From: an uncultured Actinomycetota bacterium
GTDB taxonomy: Bacteria; Actinomycetota; Actinomycetes; Propionibacteriales; Nocardioidaceae
DNA: 64,000 nucleotides
Assembly (NCBI GenBank): GCA_963742685.1
Contig: CAVUNB010000015.1
Location: 9,827-73,826, forward strand
Direction of reading: 5' to 3'
The translations under genes and the position numbers were made by a program. Positions within the stretch are counted from its first letter, which is position 1, and each line of letters starts with the position of its first letter. Under the pieces are notes generated by a model. It did not search any database, was not told the DNA's origin, and saw only the letters and a program-made list of their open reading frames with translations. Shown piece after piece: positions 1 through 10,344 of this stretch.

Positions 1-675
1 CTTGTAGTGCTTGGCGAGCTCCTTGGAGACGTCGGCGTCCTCGGTGGGCACCATCCGGTCGAGGAACTCGACGATCGTCACGTCGACGCCGAAGTTGGCC
101 ATGACGTAGGCGAACTCGACGCCGATCGCGCCGGATCCGCCGATGATGATCGACTCGGGGAGCTGGTCGCTGAGGATCTGCTCCTCGTAGGTCACGACGT
201 TGTCGGAGAGCGTCACGCCCGGCACCAGCCGGACGGTCGCGCCGCCGGCGATGATCAGGTTGTCGAAGGTGTAGGCGGTCGTGTTGCCGTCCTTGTCCTT
301 CACGTCGACCGACGTCCGGCTGGTGATGGTGCCCCAGCCGTCGACCTCGGTGATCTTGTTCTTCTTCATCAGGTAGTGGACGCCCTTGACGATGCCGGCG
401 CTCACGTCACGCGACCGCTTGTGGGTCGGCCCGAACGACATGGTGGCGTCGCCCTCGATCCCGAACTTCGCCTTCTCGTGCTTCAGCGTGTGGGCCAGCT
501 CGGCGTTCTTCAGCAGCGCCTTGGAGGGGATGCAGCCGACGTTGAGGCAGACACCGCCCCAGTACTTCTCCTCGACGACCGCGACCTTCTGGCCGAGCTG
601 GGAGGCGCGAATGGCGGCGACGTAGCCACCGGGGCCGGCGCCGAGGACAAGGGTGTCGAAATGCGTGTCGGTCAC
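1..675 (-). CDS. lpdA: Dihydrolipoamide dehydrogenase (5' part; runs off the window edge)
   Basis: Manual minus-strand translation from GTG 675 gives [27 protein letters not shown]...[16 protein letters not shown] (FAD motif plus redox CxxxxC). Not in the ORF track because there is no stop in the window. Confidence 0.93.
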   Translation of the reverse strand, partial: MTDTHFDTLVLGAGPGGYVAAIRASQLGQKVAVVEEKYWGGVCLNVGCIPSKALLKNAELAHTLKHEKAKFGIEGDATMSFGPTHKRSRDVSAGIVKGVHYLMKKNKITEVDGWGTITSRTSVDVKDKDGNTTAYTFDNLIIAGGATVRLVPGVTLSDNVVTYEEQILSDQLPESIIIGGSGAIGVEFAYVMANFGVDVTIVEFLDRMVPTEDADVSKELAKHYK

Positions 676-720
676 GGGTCACACCCTAGCCGCCGGACCG
701 GACCTCGCTACCCTTGCCCC

Positions 721-1173
721 GTGACGCTCTACGCCGCCTACGGGACCAACCTGGACCCGGGCCGTATGAGCGAACGTTGCCCCCACTCCCCGCTGCGCAG
801 CACGGGCTGGCTGACGGGCTGGCGACTGACGTTCGGGGGCGAGGAGCACGGCTGGGACGGAGCCCTCGCGACCATCGTCGAGGACCCCATCGACCAGGTG
901 TTCGTCGCGGTCTACGACGTCACCTCCGAGGACGAGACCGAGCTCGATCAATGGGACTCCGCCGACACCGGGCTCTACCGCAAGACCCGGGTCCGGGTGA
1001 AGACGATGAGCGGCGAGCTCGTGGTCTGGGCCTACGTCCTGGACGCCTACGAAGGCGGCCTTCCGTCGGCGTCCTACCTCGGCGTGCTCGCCGACGCCGC
1101 CGAGGCGGCCGACGCCCCGGTCGACTACGTCGCCGCGCTCCGTCGCCGCGACTGCCGCTCGACCGGTCTCTAG
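721..1173 (+). CDS. Gamma-glutamylcyclotransferase family protein
   Basis: C-terminal part of ORF 7..1173 reads LYAAYGTNL...CPHSP...GWRLTFGGE; TACCCT lies 6 nt before GTG 721. Confidence 0.85.
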   Translation: MTLYAAYGTNLDPGRMSERCPHSPLRSTGWLTGWRLTFGGEEHGWDGALATIVEDPIDQVFVAVYDVTSEDETELDQWDSADTGLYRKTRVRVKTMSGELVVWAYVLDAYEGGLPSASYLGVLADAAEAADAPVDYVAALRRRDCRSTGL

Positions 1174-1199
1174 GGCTGGTCCACGCGCGTCAGGGCGAG

Positions 1200-1289
1200 G
1201 TGGCGGCAGATCGCAGTCGTGGGCTCGCCGTGGCTGCGATGTGCCGCCACTCGGGACGGTGCTGTTTCGGTAGTGGCGGCAGATTGCAG
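1200..1289. repeat. Three copies of a 17-bp motif (gtggcggcagatcgcag); REP-like hairpin between convergent genes
   Basis: 1200-1216 forward, 1234-1250 inverted (ctgcgatgtgccgccac), 1273-1289 forward (gtggcggcagattgcag). Confidence 0.7.
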
Positions 1290-1311
1290 GAGTCCGGGCA
1301 CCTGACTGGAG

Positions 1312-2449
1312 TCAGACGGACACTGAGGCGACCAGCACGTCGACCACCTCGTCGGGCGACGGCATGGCGGCGATCTCCGCCGACACCACGCGCGCCGCGT
1401 CGCGGAACGAGTCGTCGGTCAACAACCGTGACAAAGCCTGGGTGACCGAGTCTGCGTTCACCTCGCCGGGAGTCAGCACCAGCGCCGCGCCCGAGCGAGA
1501 TCCGCCATCGGCGTTGCGGAACTGGTCGGCGGCCAGGGGCAGGCACAGCTGCGGCCGGCCTGCGGCGAGGCGCGCCCAGGAACGTGCCCGAGCCCGCATG
1601 AGACACCACGACCGCGCAGCGCTCCAGCACGGCTGCCTGGTCGACCCACGTCTCGACCTGCACGTTGTCGGGCAGCCCGGCCAGGGCGCCCGGATCACCG
1701 TCGGGCCCGACCGCGACGAGCAGCCGGACGGGCAGCGTGGCGAGCGCCGCGGCCACGATCGGCAGGATCGGCGCGCGGTTCTGGACCGTGCCGAGGGTGA
1801 GGTAGACGAGTGGCGGACCGGCGTCAGGCGGTTGGTCCGCCCCGCGCACGACCGGGCGCAACGGCTGCACGGCGGGGACGTGGTCCATCGCGACCGACTG
1901 CACCGAGGCCGGACAGATGTCGAGGTAGAGCGAGGTGAAGCAACCGGCGTACGGCGGGGCTTCCTGGCCGTGGGCGGCCCAGAGCGGTGCGACCTTCTCG
2001 GCGGCCGCGGTCACGATCGCCGCCGGGATCGCGCCACCGAACGAGTGCGTCACGCTCGGCTTCCCCAGCACCGCGCCCACGAGCGGGGAGGCCAGCTCGC
2101 CGTGCTCGTGGATCATCAGATCCGGCCGCCACTCCCGCGCCAACGGCAGCAGGTCGGCGACCATCAGCGGCGTCAGCAGCTCACCGAAGAGGTGGGGATA
2201 CATGAAGGCCGCACGCGCCGGTGGCGCGATCGTCGCCGCGATCGCGTGCAGCCGCCCGACATCCTCGAGGAAGCCCGGTCCCGTTCCGCCAGCGGGCGCC
2301 GTGTCCAGCCCGGCGGCCGCGACGTGCCGGGTCGACTCGGCGCTCGTGGCCCACAGCACGTCGTGACCGGCGTCGCGGAACGCCCGTGCGAGCGGCAGCA
2401 TCGGAAAGATGTGGCCGTAGCCCCAGGTCGACGAGAAGAGCACCCGCAC
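1312..2449 (-). CDS. GT1-family glycosyltransferase, one frameshift near 1575
   Basis: RVLFSSTWGYGHIFPMLPLARAF, VYLTLGTV, WVDQAAVL, HAGSGT; the PQLCLPLAADQF tail is in ORF 1312..1698. Confidence 0.85.
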
Positions 2450-2567
2450 GAGATCACCACCCCCTGGGCCGCCCACGATCACCGGTCGGCGAGGTCGGAC
2501 GGGTCCCGACCGGCAGTCTTCCGCAGATTGCCGCGCCCCGGCATCGCCAAGACGTTGTACCTCTCTG

Positions 2568-3035
2568 TCAGCGTCGCTCGAGCCAGGCGGCGAGCGCCAC
2601 GTCGACGAGGCCGACGCGCGGCAGGTCGGGCACCGATGCGATCGGCACCCACTCGGCGTAGTCGGTCGACCCGCCGACCTCGAGCGTGCCGAGCGTGCCG
2701 CCGACGACGCGCGCGGCGTAGATGATCCGCAGCGACCGGTACCAGCGTTCGGTGTCGAGGACCCGCTCGTCCGGTGACACGACGAACGAGTCGATGGCGA
2801 GCAGCCCGGTGAGCTCGACGTCGAAGCCGGTCTCCTCCCGAACCTCGCGCACCGCTCCCTGCGCAGTGTTCTCCGGCAGGTCCACACCGCCGCCGGGCAT
2901 CGACCATGCCGGCTCGCCGACGCCCTCGCCGTTCCACCACGACAGCAGGATGCGATCCCCGTCCACGATCACGGCGTACGCCGCAACGCGGGTGTCGTAG
3001 TCGTAGAACTCGAGGTCCTGCGGGATCTCAGGCAT
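2568..3035 (-). CDS. NUDIX hydrolase
   Basis: Nudix box GGGVDLPENTAQGAVREVREETG. Confidence 0.9.
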   Translation of the reverse strand: MPEIPQDLEFYDYDTRVAAYAVIVDGDRILLSWWNGEGVGEPAWSMPGGGVDLPENTAQGAVREVREETGFDVELTGLLAIDSFVVSPDERVLDTERWYRSLRIIYAARVVGGTLGTLEVGGSTDYAEWVPIASVPDLPRVGLVDVALAAWLERR

Positions 3036-3399
3036 CGCCGGAGTGGCAGACGGCCTCGACGTTGTTGCCGTCCGGGTCGCGGACGAAGGCGCCGTAGTAG
3101 GCGTCGTGGTACTCCGGCCAGAGGCGCGGCTCGTGCAGCGACTCCGCACCGATCTCGAGTGCGGCGGCGTGGAAGGCACGCACCGCGGCCGCGTCGGGCG
3201 CCGTGAACGCGAGGTGCATCTCGCGATTCGGCCCGAGGCCCTCGAACGTGCCGATCCAGAAGTCGGGCTTGTCGGTGCCGTAGCCGATGGCGACCTCGTA
3301 GTCCAGGATCCGCCGGTGGCCGAGGACGCCGAGCACCTTGTCGTAGAACGCCGAAGCAACGGACATGTCAGCGCAGTTGATGCCGAAGTGATCGATCAT
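3028..3399 (-). CDS. VOC/glyoxalase family protein
   Basis: MIDHFGINCAD...HLAFTA...YYGAFVRDPDGNNVEAVCH. Confidence 0.9.
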   Translation of the reverse strand: MIDHFGINCADMSVASAFYDKVLGVLGHRRILDYEVAIGYGTDKPDFWIGTFEGLGPNREMHLAFTAPDAAAVRAFHAAALEIGAESLHEPRLWPEYHDAYYGAFVRDPDGNNVEAVCHSGDA

Positions 3400-3468
3400 C
3401 GCCCGATCATGGCAGGAGCCGCCGGGGGTCGGTCGACGCACTTTCGTCGAGACTGGTAGACAAGCCCC

Positions 3469-5803
3469 GTGCCGGACACCTCCCAGCGGGACGAGGACCA
3501 GGGCGCCGGGCGGATCTCCGAGAGACTGGCCGGCCGTCACCTCCTGCTCACAGGAGTCACCGGCTTCGTCGGTGAGGCGCTGCTCAGCTGCTGCTCAGCG
3601 AGACCCCCGACACCGTCCTCACCCTGCTCGTCCGGCCCAAGGGATCGACCCCCGGGACCGACCGCATCCGCTCGTTGCTGGCCAAGCCGATCTTCGGTGC
3701 GACCGTCGAGCGCGCCGGCGGCATCGACGCCGTCATGACCGCCCGGGTGCGGGTCCTCGAGGGCGACCTCGGCGACGTACCCGCGCTGCCCACCGACCTC
3801 GACGCCGTCGTGCACTGTGCGGGGGACGTCTCCTTCGACCCGCCCGTCGACGAGGGGTTCCGCACCAACGTGCTCGGCACCCGCGGTCTGCTCGAGCGGA
3901 TCGCCGAGGTCGGGCGCCGCAGGTCCACTACGTCCACATCTCCACGGCCTACGTCGCCGGCCGCCGTCGCGGCGCCGATCCCCGAGGCCCCGGTCGACCA
4001 CACCGTCGACGTCGACGCCGAGACCGAGTGGGGCATGGCCCAGCGCCGGGTCGTGGAGCACGCGTCCCGTTCCGCCGACGTCCTCGACCAAGCTGCGGTC
4101 GAAGGCCGAGCGCGAGCACGGACGGGCGGGCCTGCTGACCGCTGCCGCCGCGACCGAGGACCGAGCGCCGCGACTGGGTGGCGCGCGAGCTCGTGCGGGT
4201 CGGCACCGAACGAGCCAGGTCGCTCGGCTGGACCGACTGCTACACGTTCACCAAGGCCCTCGGCGAGCGCGTCGTCGAGGAGCACGCCCGGGTCGCGCCG
4301 ACCACGATCGTCCGCCCGAGCATCATCGAGTCCGCCCTCCGCCGCCCCTACCCGGGCTGGATCGAGGGCTTCAAGATGGCCGAGCCGCTGATCCTCGCCT
4401 ACGGCCGCGGCGAGCTCCCCGAGTTCCCCGCCGCCGGCGACACCATCGTCGACATCGTGCCGGTCGACCACGTCGTCGCGGCGATCGTGGCCGCGCTCGC
4501 CACGCCTCCGGAGGCCGGCGCTGCGGCCTACTTCCACGTCGTCTCCGGTGCGCGCAACCCGCTCACGTTCCGGAGGCTGTACGCCGCCGTCCGTGCCTAC
4601 TTCGACGAGCACCCGTTCGACATCGGCGACCGGGGATCGGCCCGGCTGCCGGAGTGGCGCTTCCCGGGCGCCCAGAGCGTCGAACGCCTGCTGGCCACCA
4701 GCGAGCGCGCCCACAAGGCGGCCGACTACCTCGTCGGGCACGCACCCCGGAGCACCCGCACGCTGTCCATGGCGCGCAACCTCGACCGGCAGGGCCGCCG
4801 GCTGGAGTTCCTGCGCCGCTACCTCGACCTCTACCGGGAGTACGCCGAAGCCGAGCTGCGCTTCGACGACGCGCACACCCGCGGGCTGCTCGACGCCCTC
4901 CACCCCGACGACCGCGCCGCGTTCGGCTTCGACATCGACGAGGTCGACTGGGACCACTACCTCCGCGAGGTGCACTGCCCGGCGGTGACGGCCCCGATCC
5001 GCTCGCACGACGAGGTGCGCCGCGCCCGCGCGAAGCCGGCCGACGGCCAGCCTCCGGCCGGTCAGGCAGACCGAGCAGCGCACGGCGGCGCTTCTTCGAC
5101 ATGGACGGCACCCTGTTGTCCTCCAACGTCATCGAGACCTACCTGTGGATGCGGCTGCCAGGACCTCTCCCCCGCCGAGCGCGTCGGTGAGCTCGGCCGG
5201 ATCGCGACCCGCCTGCCCGGGCTGGTCCGTGCCGAGCGGCGCGAGCGCAGCGCGTTCCTGCGGTCGATCTACAAGCGAGTACGCCGGCGCCCGGCTCGCC
5301 GACCTCGACAGCGGTGGTCGACGAGGTGCTCACCGATCACGTCCTGTCGCGGCTCGCGCCCGCCGCCGTACGCCGCATCCGCGAGCACCGCGCAGCGGGC
5401 CACACCACCGTGCTGATCACCGGCGCGATCCGGCCGCTCACCCGGCCGATCGCGCCCCTCTTCGACCACATCGAGGCGGCCGACCTGGCCGTCGACGACC
5501 GGGGCATCTGCACCGGCTTCCTCGCCGCGTCGCCGCTGGTCGGCGAGTCCCGGGCCGCGTGGATGCAGCACTGGGCGGCCACCGAGGGCATCGATCTCGC
5601 GAACAGCTACGGCTACGCCGACAGCCACTCCGACCTGCCGCTGCTCGCGGCCGTGGGCAGACCGGTCGCGGTGAGCCCGGACGTGTCGCTTGTCGAGGCA
5701 TGCCCGGCGCGCGCACTGGACGATCGTCGACTGGGCCAGCCCGGACGTCGCGTCCCGTCCCCTCAACCCCGCGGGCTCTATCAGTTCTCGGGGCAGCCGA
5801 TGA
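3469..5803 (+). CDS. Fatty acyl-CoA reductase (NAD_binding_4/Sterile) fused to a C-terminal HAD-IB phosphatase; several frameshifts
   Basis: LLTGVTGFVG, HCAGDVSFD, YTFTKALGE, IVRPSIIES..PYPGWIEG and DIVPVDHV, then FFDMDGTL...GYADSHSDLPLL..AVSPD, spread over ORFs 3469, 3675, 3817, 4178 and 5314. Confidence 0.8.
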
Positions 5804-7030
5804 TGCTGGCGCTGCAGATGTACCGCTCGCTCCCCCGCCACCTGGCCGGGCGGGCCGTCGGTGACCGGCTCCCCGGGATCCTGCTCCGGCTACGCCGCTC
5901 CCCTGCGCCTGGTGACGATCGACGAGCCGAAGGTCGAGCGGCCGGGCTGGGCCCGGCTGAGGACCCGCCTCTCCGGCGTCTGCGGCTCCGACCTCGGCGC
6001 GCTGTCCGGGCGCACGAGCCGCTACTTCTCCGGCGTCGTGTCGTTGCCGTTCGTGCCCGGCCACGAGGTCGTGGCCGACCTCCTCGAGGACTGCGAGGAC
6101 CTTCCCGCCGGCACCCGCGTGGTGATCGACCCGGTCCTGACCTGCGCCGCCCGCGGCGTCGCACCGTGCGAGGCGTGCGCCGAGGGCCTCACCAACCGCT
6201 GCAGCGGGATCACGGTCGGCCATCTCTCCCCCGGACTCCAGACCGGCTTCTGCACCGACACCGGCGGCGGCTGGGGCGAGACCCTCACCGCCCACCGCAG
6301 CCAGCTGCACCCGGTGCCCGAAGGTCTCTCGGACGAGCAGGCGATCCTGATCGAGCCGATCGCGTGCGCGGTCCACACCGCGCTGCGCGCCCGCGTCGAG
6401 AACAACGCGCGCGTGCTGGTGAGCGGCGCCGGCTCGGTCGGCCTGCTCACGACGCTGGCTCTGCGCAGCCTCACCGACGCCGGCGAGATCACCGTCGTCG
6501 CGAAGTACGCCCACCAGCGCGAGCTCGCGCTCCAGCTGGGCGCCACCGAGGTGGTGTCGCCCGGCGAGACGCTGCGCCGGCTGCGCCGCTCCACGGGCGC
6601 GTTCGCGGTGACGCCCGAGTTCTCCGCGCCCTACCTCCTCGGTGGCGTCGACATCGCCATCGACGCGGTCGGCAGCAAGGGCTCGCTGGAGACGGCGCTC
6701 AACACCACCCGTGCCGGTGGTCGCGTCGTGCTGTCCGGGATGCCCGCCGCCGCCGATCTGTCGGCCGCCTGGTTCCGTGAGCTCGAGATCATCGGCTCCT
6801 ACTCGTCCGCTCGCGTCGAGCCCGGGGGCCGCAGCGCCTTCGACATCGCCACCGACCTGGTCGCCGGTGATGCGGTCTCCCAGCTGGCGAAGGGCGTCGC
6901 GTCCTATCCGCTGCACCGCTGGCGCGAGGCGCTCGACCACGCGCACGGCGCCGGTCGACTCGGCAGCATCAAGGTTGCCTTCGATCCCAGACGACAAGGT
7001 CATTCCACACAAGGGGGAACTCACTCGTGA
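5800..7030 (+). CDS. Zn-dependent medium-chain dehydrogenase/reductase; frameshift near 5880
   Basis: GVCGSD, PGHEVV, C-x7-CEAC-x7-C structural Zn cluster, GAGSVG. Confidence 0.85.
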
Positions 7031-8608
7031 GCCGTCCAGGTTTCGTGCTCGAGGTCGATGACCGCACACCGCCGCTGGTGGTCCACGAGGGCCTGGGCTT
7101 CCGGTTGGAGACCTTCCCGCAGGGCACGCGCGTCATCTACCCGCCCGAGTCGCTGCCCGCGATCGACGACGTCGACGCCGCGATCCGCGAGGCGCTGCTC
7201 AACCCGGTCGACGCCGACCCGCTGCCCACCAAGCTGTTCGCCGGGATGCGGCTGACCATCGCGTTCGACGACATCTCGTTGCCGCTGCCGTCGATGAAGG
7301 CGCCGGACATCCGCCAGCGGATCATCGAGGCCGTGCTCACGATGGCCGCCGATGCCGGGGTCGACGACGTCGAAGATCGTGGCCGCCAACGCGCTGCACC
7401 GACGGATGACGGCGGCCGAGCTCAAGCACATCGTCGGCGAGCGGGTCTTCCGGTCCTTCTTCCCGCAGGGCGACCTCTACAACCACGACGCCGAGGACCG
7501 CGACAACCTGCTCCACATCGGGATGACCGACCGGGGCGAGGACATCGAGATCAACCGGCGAGCCGCCGAGTCCGACCTCCTGGTCTACGTCAACGTCAAC
7601 CTCGTCGCCATGGACGGCGGGCACAAGTCGGTGCCGATCGGGCTGGCGTCGTACAAGAGCCTCCGGCACCACCACAACCCCAAGACGATGGTCCAGTCGC
7701 ACTCCTTCATGGACCACACCAAGTCGCACCTCCACCACTCGGCCTGGCGGATGGGGCGCTACCTCAAGGACCACCTCGACATCTTCCAGATCGAGACGAC
7801 GCTCAACAACGACGTCTTCGGGGCGCCCTACGACTTCCTGCTCAAGCGCGAGTGGGAGTGGTCGGTGCGAGACCAGGCCTCGATGCTTGCCGTACGCCGC
7901 GGGCTCGGCGCGGCACCGCGTCGACTGCGGCACAAGCTGTTCCACGACCTGCGCTCGCCCTACGGCCTGACCGGGATCAACGCCGGTGACACCGAGGCCG
8001 TGCACGAGCGCACCATCGAGATGGTGCACCGCCAGCAGCTCGTCGAGGTGCAGGGCCAGACCGACGTGCTGGTGCTGGGCGTGCCCTACCTCGGCCCCTA
8101 CAACGTGAACTCGTCGATGAACCCGATCCTGGCGACCTGCATGGGGCTGGGCTACTTCTTCAACTCCTACCGCGGGCAGCCCGTCGTCCGCCGCGGCGGG
8201 GCGGTGATCCTCTACCACCCGCTGAACGAGGGCTTCAACCAGCTGCACCACCCGAGCTACGTCGACTTCTACGAGGAGATCCTGGCCGAGTCGACCGACC
8301 CGGCGGTGATCGCGGCGAAGTACGAGGAGCAGTTCGCGACCGATCCCTGGTACATCCACCTCTACCGCACCTCGCACGCCTACCACGGCGTCCACCCCTT
8401 CTACATGTGGTACTGGGCGGCGCACGCGATGGACCACGTCGACGAGGTCATCTGGGTCGGCGCCGACCGCAAGGTCGCCTCGCGGCTCGGCTTCCGCGCG
8501 GCCTCGACGCTCTCCGACGCGCTGGAGATGGCGTCGGGTGCGGTCGGCAACAACCCGTCGATCTCCTACATGCACAACCCGCCGCACCTGATCGCGGACG
8601 TGAAGTGA
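7027..8608 (+). CDS. Lactate racemase (LarA/DUF2088) domain protein; frameshift near 7370
   Basis: IAFDDISLP, ANALHRRMT, NHDAED, MDGGHKS; ORFs 7027..7989 plus 7352..8608. Confidence 0.78.
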
Positions 8609-8615
8609 GGATGTC

Positions 8616-9539
8616 GTGAGCTGGCTGAGAGACGGTGTCTCCGACGTACGCCGCGTGGCGGACGGCTGGCGCTGGGGCCGTCGCTCCCAGGTGCCCCGCT
8701 CGGCCGAGCCGTTCGTGCCGGCGCAGCAGACCACCGTGTTCAACACCGACTGGGCCCGTCGCCGGCCGGCGAAGATCGCCCGCGAGGCCGTGCAGAAGGG
8801 CGCCCTGGAGCCGTTGTTCCGCTCGCAGGTGCGCACCCACGTCGAGGGCCTCGATGTCCTGACGAAGCTCGACGGTCCGGTGATCTTCGTGGCCAACCAC
8901 GCCAGCCACCTGGACACGCCGCTGATCCTGCTCTCACTGCCGGCGGAGTGGCGTCGCCGTACCGCCGTCGCCGCCGCCGCCGACTACTTCTTCGACACGT
9001 GGTGGCGCGCCGTCGGCTCCTCGATCGCGTTCAACACGTTCCCGATCGAGCGACGTGGCGGCACGATGGCGACCACGCCGGGCGAGGTGCTCGCCGACGG
9101 CTGGAGCCTGGTGATCTTCCCCGAGGGCACCCGCTCGCCCGACGGCTTCGTCGGGAAGTTCCAGTACGGCGCGGCCTACCTCGCCACCAGGCACCAGGTG
9201 CCCGTCATCCCCATCGCCCACCGCGGGACCTACGCGGCCATGCCGCGCGGGCAGGGCTGGCCCAGCCGGGGGCGTCGTCGGCTCACCGTCCGCTTCGGGG
9301 AACCGCTCCAACCGGGCGCCGACGAGTCGCCCCGCGACTTCGCGCCCCGGATCCGCGACGCGGTCGCCGCCCTGCTCGACGAGGACCAGAGCACGTGGTG
9401 GGAAGCGCGGCGCAGGGCTGCTGCCGGCACCACTCCCGACCCGTCCGGACCTGCCACCGCACGGTGGCGCCGGGTGTGGGAGCAGACCGCGACGATCGCC
9501 TCGCCCGAGGCTGGGCCACGGCGGGTCTGGCCCCACTAG
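8616..9539 (+). CDS. Lysophospholipid/glycerolipid acyltransferase (PlsC-like)
   Basis: NHASHLD (HX4D) and FPEGTRS motifs. Confidence 0.9.
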   Translation: MSWLRDGVSDVRRVADGWRWGRRSQVPRSAEPFVPAQQTTVFNTDWARRRPAKIAREAVQKGALEPLFRSQVRTHVEGLDVLTKLDGPVIFVANHASHLDTPLILLSLPAEWRRRTAVAAAADYFFDTWWRAVGSSIAFNTFPIERRGGTMATTPGEVLADGWSLVIFPEGTRSPDGFVGKFQYGAAYLATRHQVPVIPIAHRGTYAAMPRGQGWPSRGRRRLTVRFGEPLQPGADESPRDFAPRIRDAVAALLDEDQSTWWEARRRAAAGTTPDPSGPATARWRRVWEQTATIASPEAGPRRVWPH

Positions 9540-9548
9540 TATTCCCGC

Positions 9549-10343
9549 GTGACCGACCACAAGATCCTCGCCCAGCAGGCTGCCGCCGAGCTCACCTCAC
9601 TCACCGGCATCGAGCGACACGACGTCGCACTGGTCCTCGGCTCCGGTTGGTTGCCGGCCGTCGACGCCCTCGGGCCGGCCACCGCCGAGATCAACACCAC
9701 CGACCTGCCGGGCTTCCACGCCGCCGGCGTGGTCGGCCACTCGGGCAAGATCCGCAGCATCGCGGTCGGCGAGAAGCACGTCCTGGTCTTCCTCAGCCGC
9801 ACCCACTTCTACGAGGGCAAGGGCGTCGCCGCCGTCGTGCACCCGATCCGCACCGCGGCCGCGGCCGGCTGCTCGACGATCGTGCTCACCAACGGCTGTG
9901 GCGGTCTCAAGGACACGTTCCAGCCCGGCCAGCCGGTGCTGATCTCCGACCACATCAACCTGACGGCCACCAGCCCGATCGAGGGCGCCAACTTCGTCGA
10001 CCTGACCGACCTCTACTCCCCGCGCCTGCGCGCACTGTGCAAGGAGATCGACCCGACCCTCGACGAGGGGGTCTACGTCCAGTTCCCCGGCCCGCACTAC
10101 GAGACCCCGGCCGAGATCGGCATGGTCCGCGCCATCGGCGGCCACCTGGTCGGCATGAGCACCACGCTCGAGGCGATCGCGGCTCGTGAGGCCGGGATGG
10201 AGGTGCTCGGCATCAGCCTGGTCACCAACCTCGCGGCCGGCATCAGTGGCGAGCCGCTCAACCACGACGAGGTCCTCGAGGCCGGCAAGGCCGCGGCCAG
10301 CCGGATGGGCGACCTGCTCGGCCAGATCGTTCCCCGGATCTGA
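9549..10343 (+). CDS. punA: Purine-nucleoside phosphorylase (trimeric type)
   Basis: VLGSG, RTHFYEG, GPHYETPAE, VGMST, TNLAAG, HDEV. Confidence 0.93.
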   Translation: MTDHKILAQQAAAELTSLTGIERHDVALVLGSGWLPAVDALGPATAEINTTDLPGFHAAGVVGHSGKIRSIAVGEKHVLVFLSRTHFYEGKGVAAVVHPIRTAAAAGCSTIVLTNGCGGLKDTFQPGQPVLISDHINLTATSPIEGANFVDLTDLYSPRLRALCKEIDPTLDEGVYVQFPGPHYETPAEIGMVRAIGGHLVGMSTTLEAIAAREAGMEVLGISLVTNLAAGISGEPLNHDEVLEAGKAAASRMGDLLGQIVPRI

Positions 10344-10344
10344 C

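Noticed and set aside
3590-7400. Programmed ribosomal frameshifting in the lipid operon
   Set aside because: No slippery heptamers were noticed, and similar indels occur in unrelated genes throughout the window.
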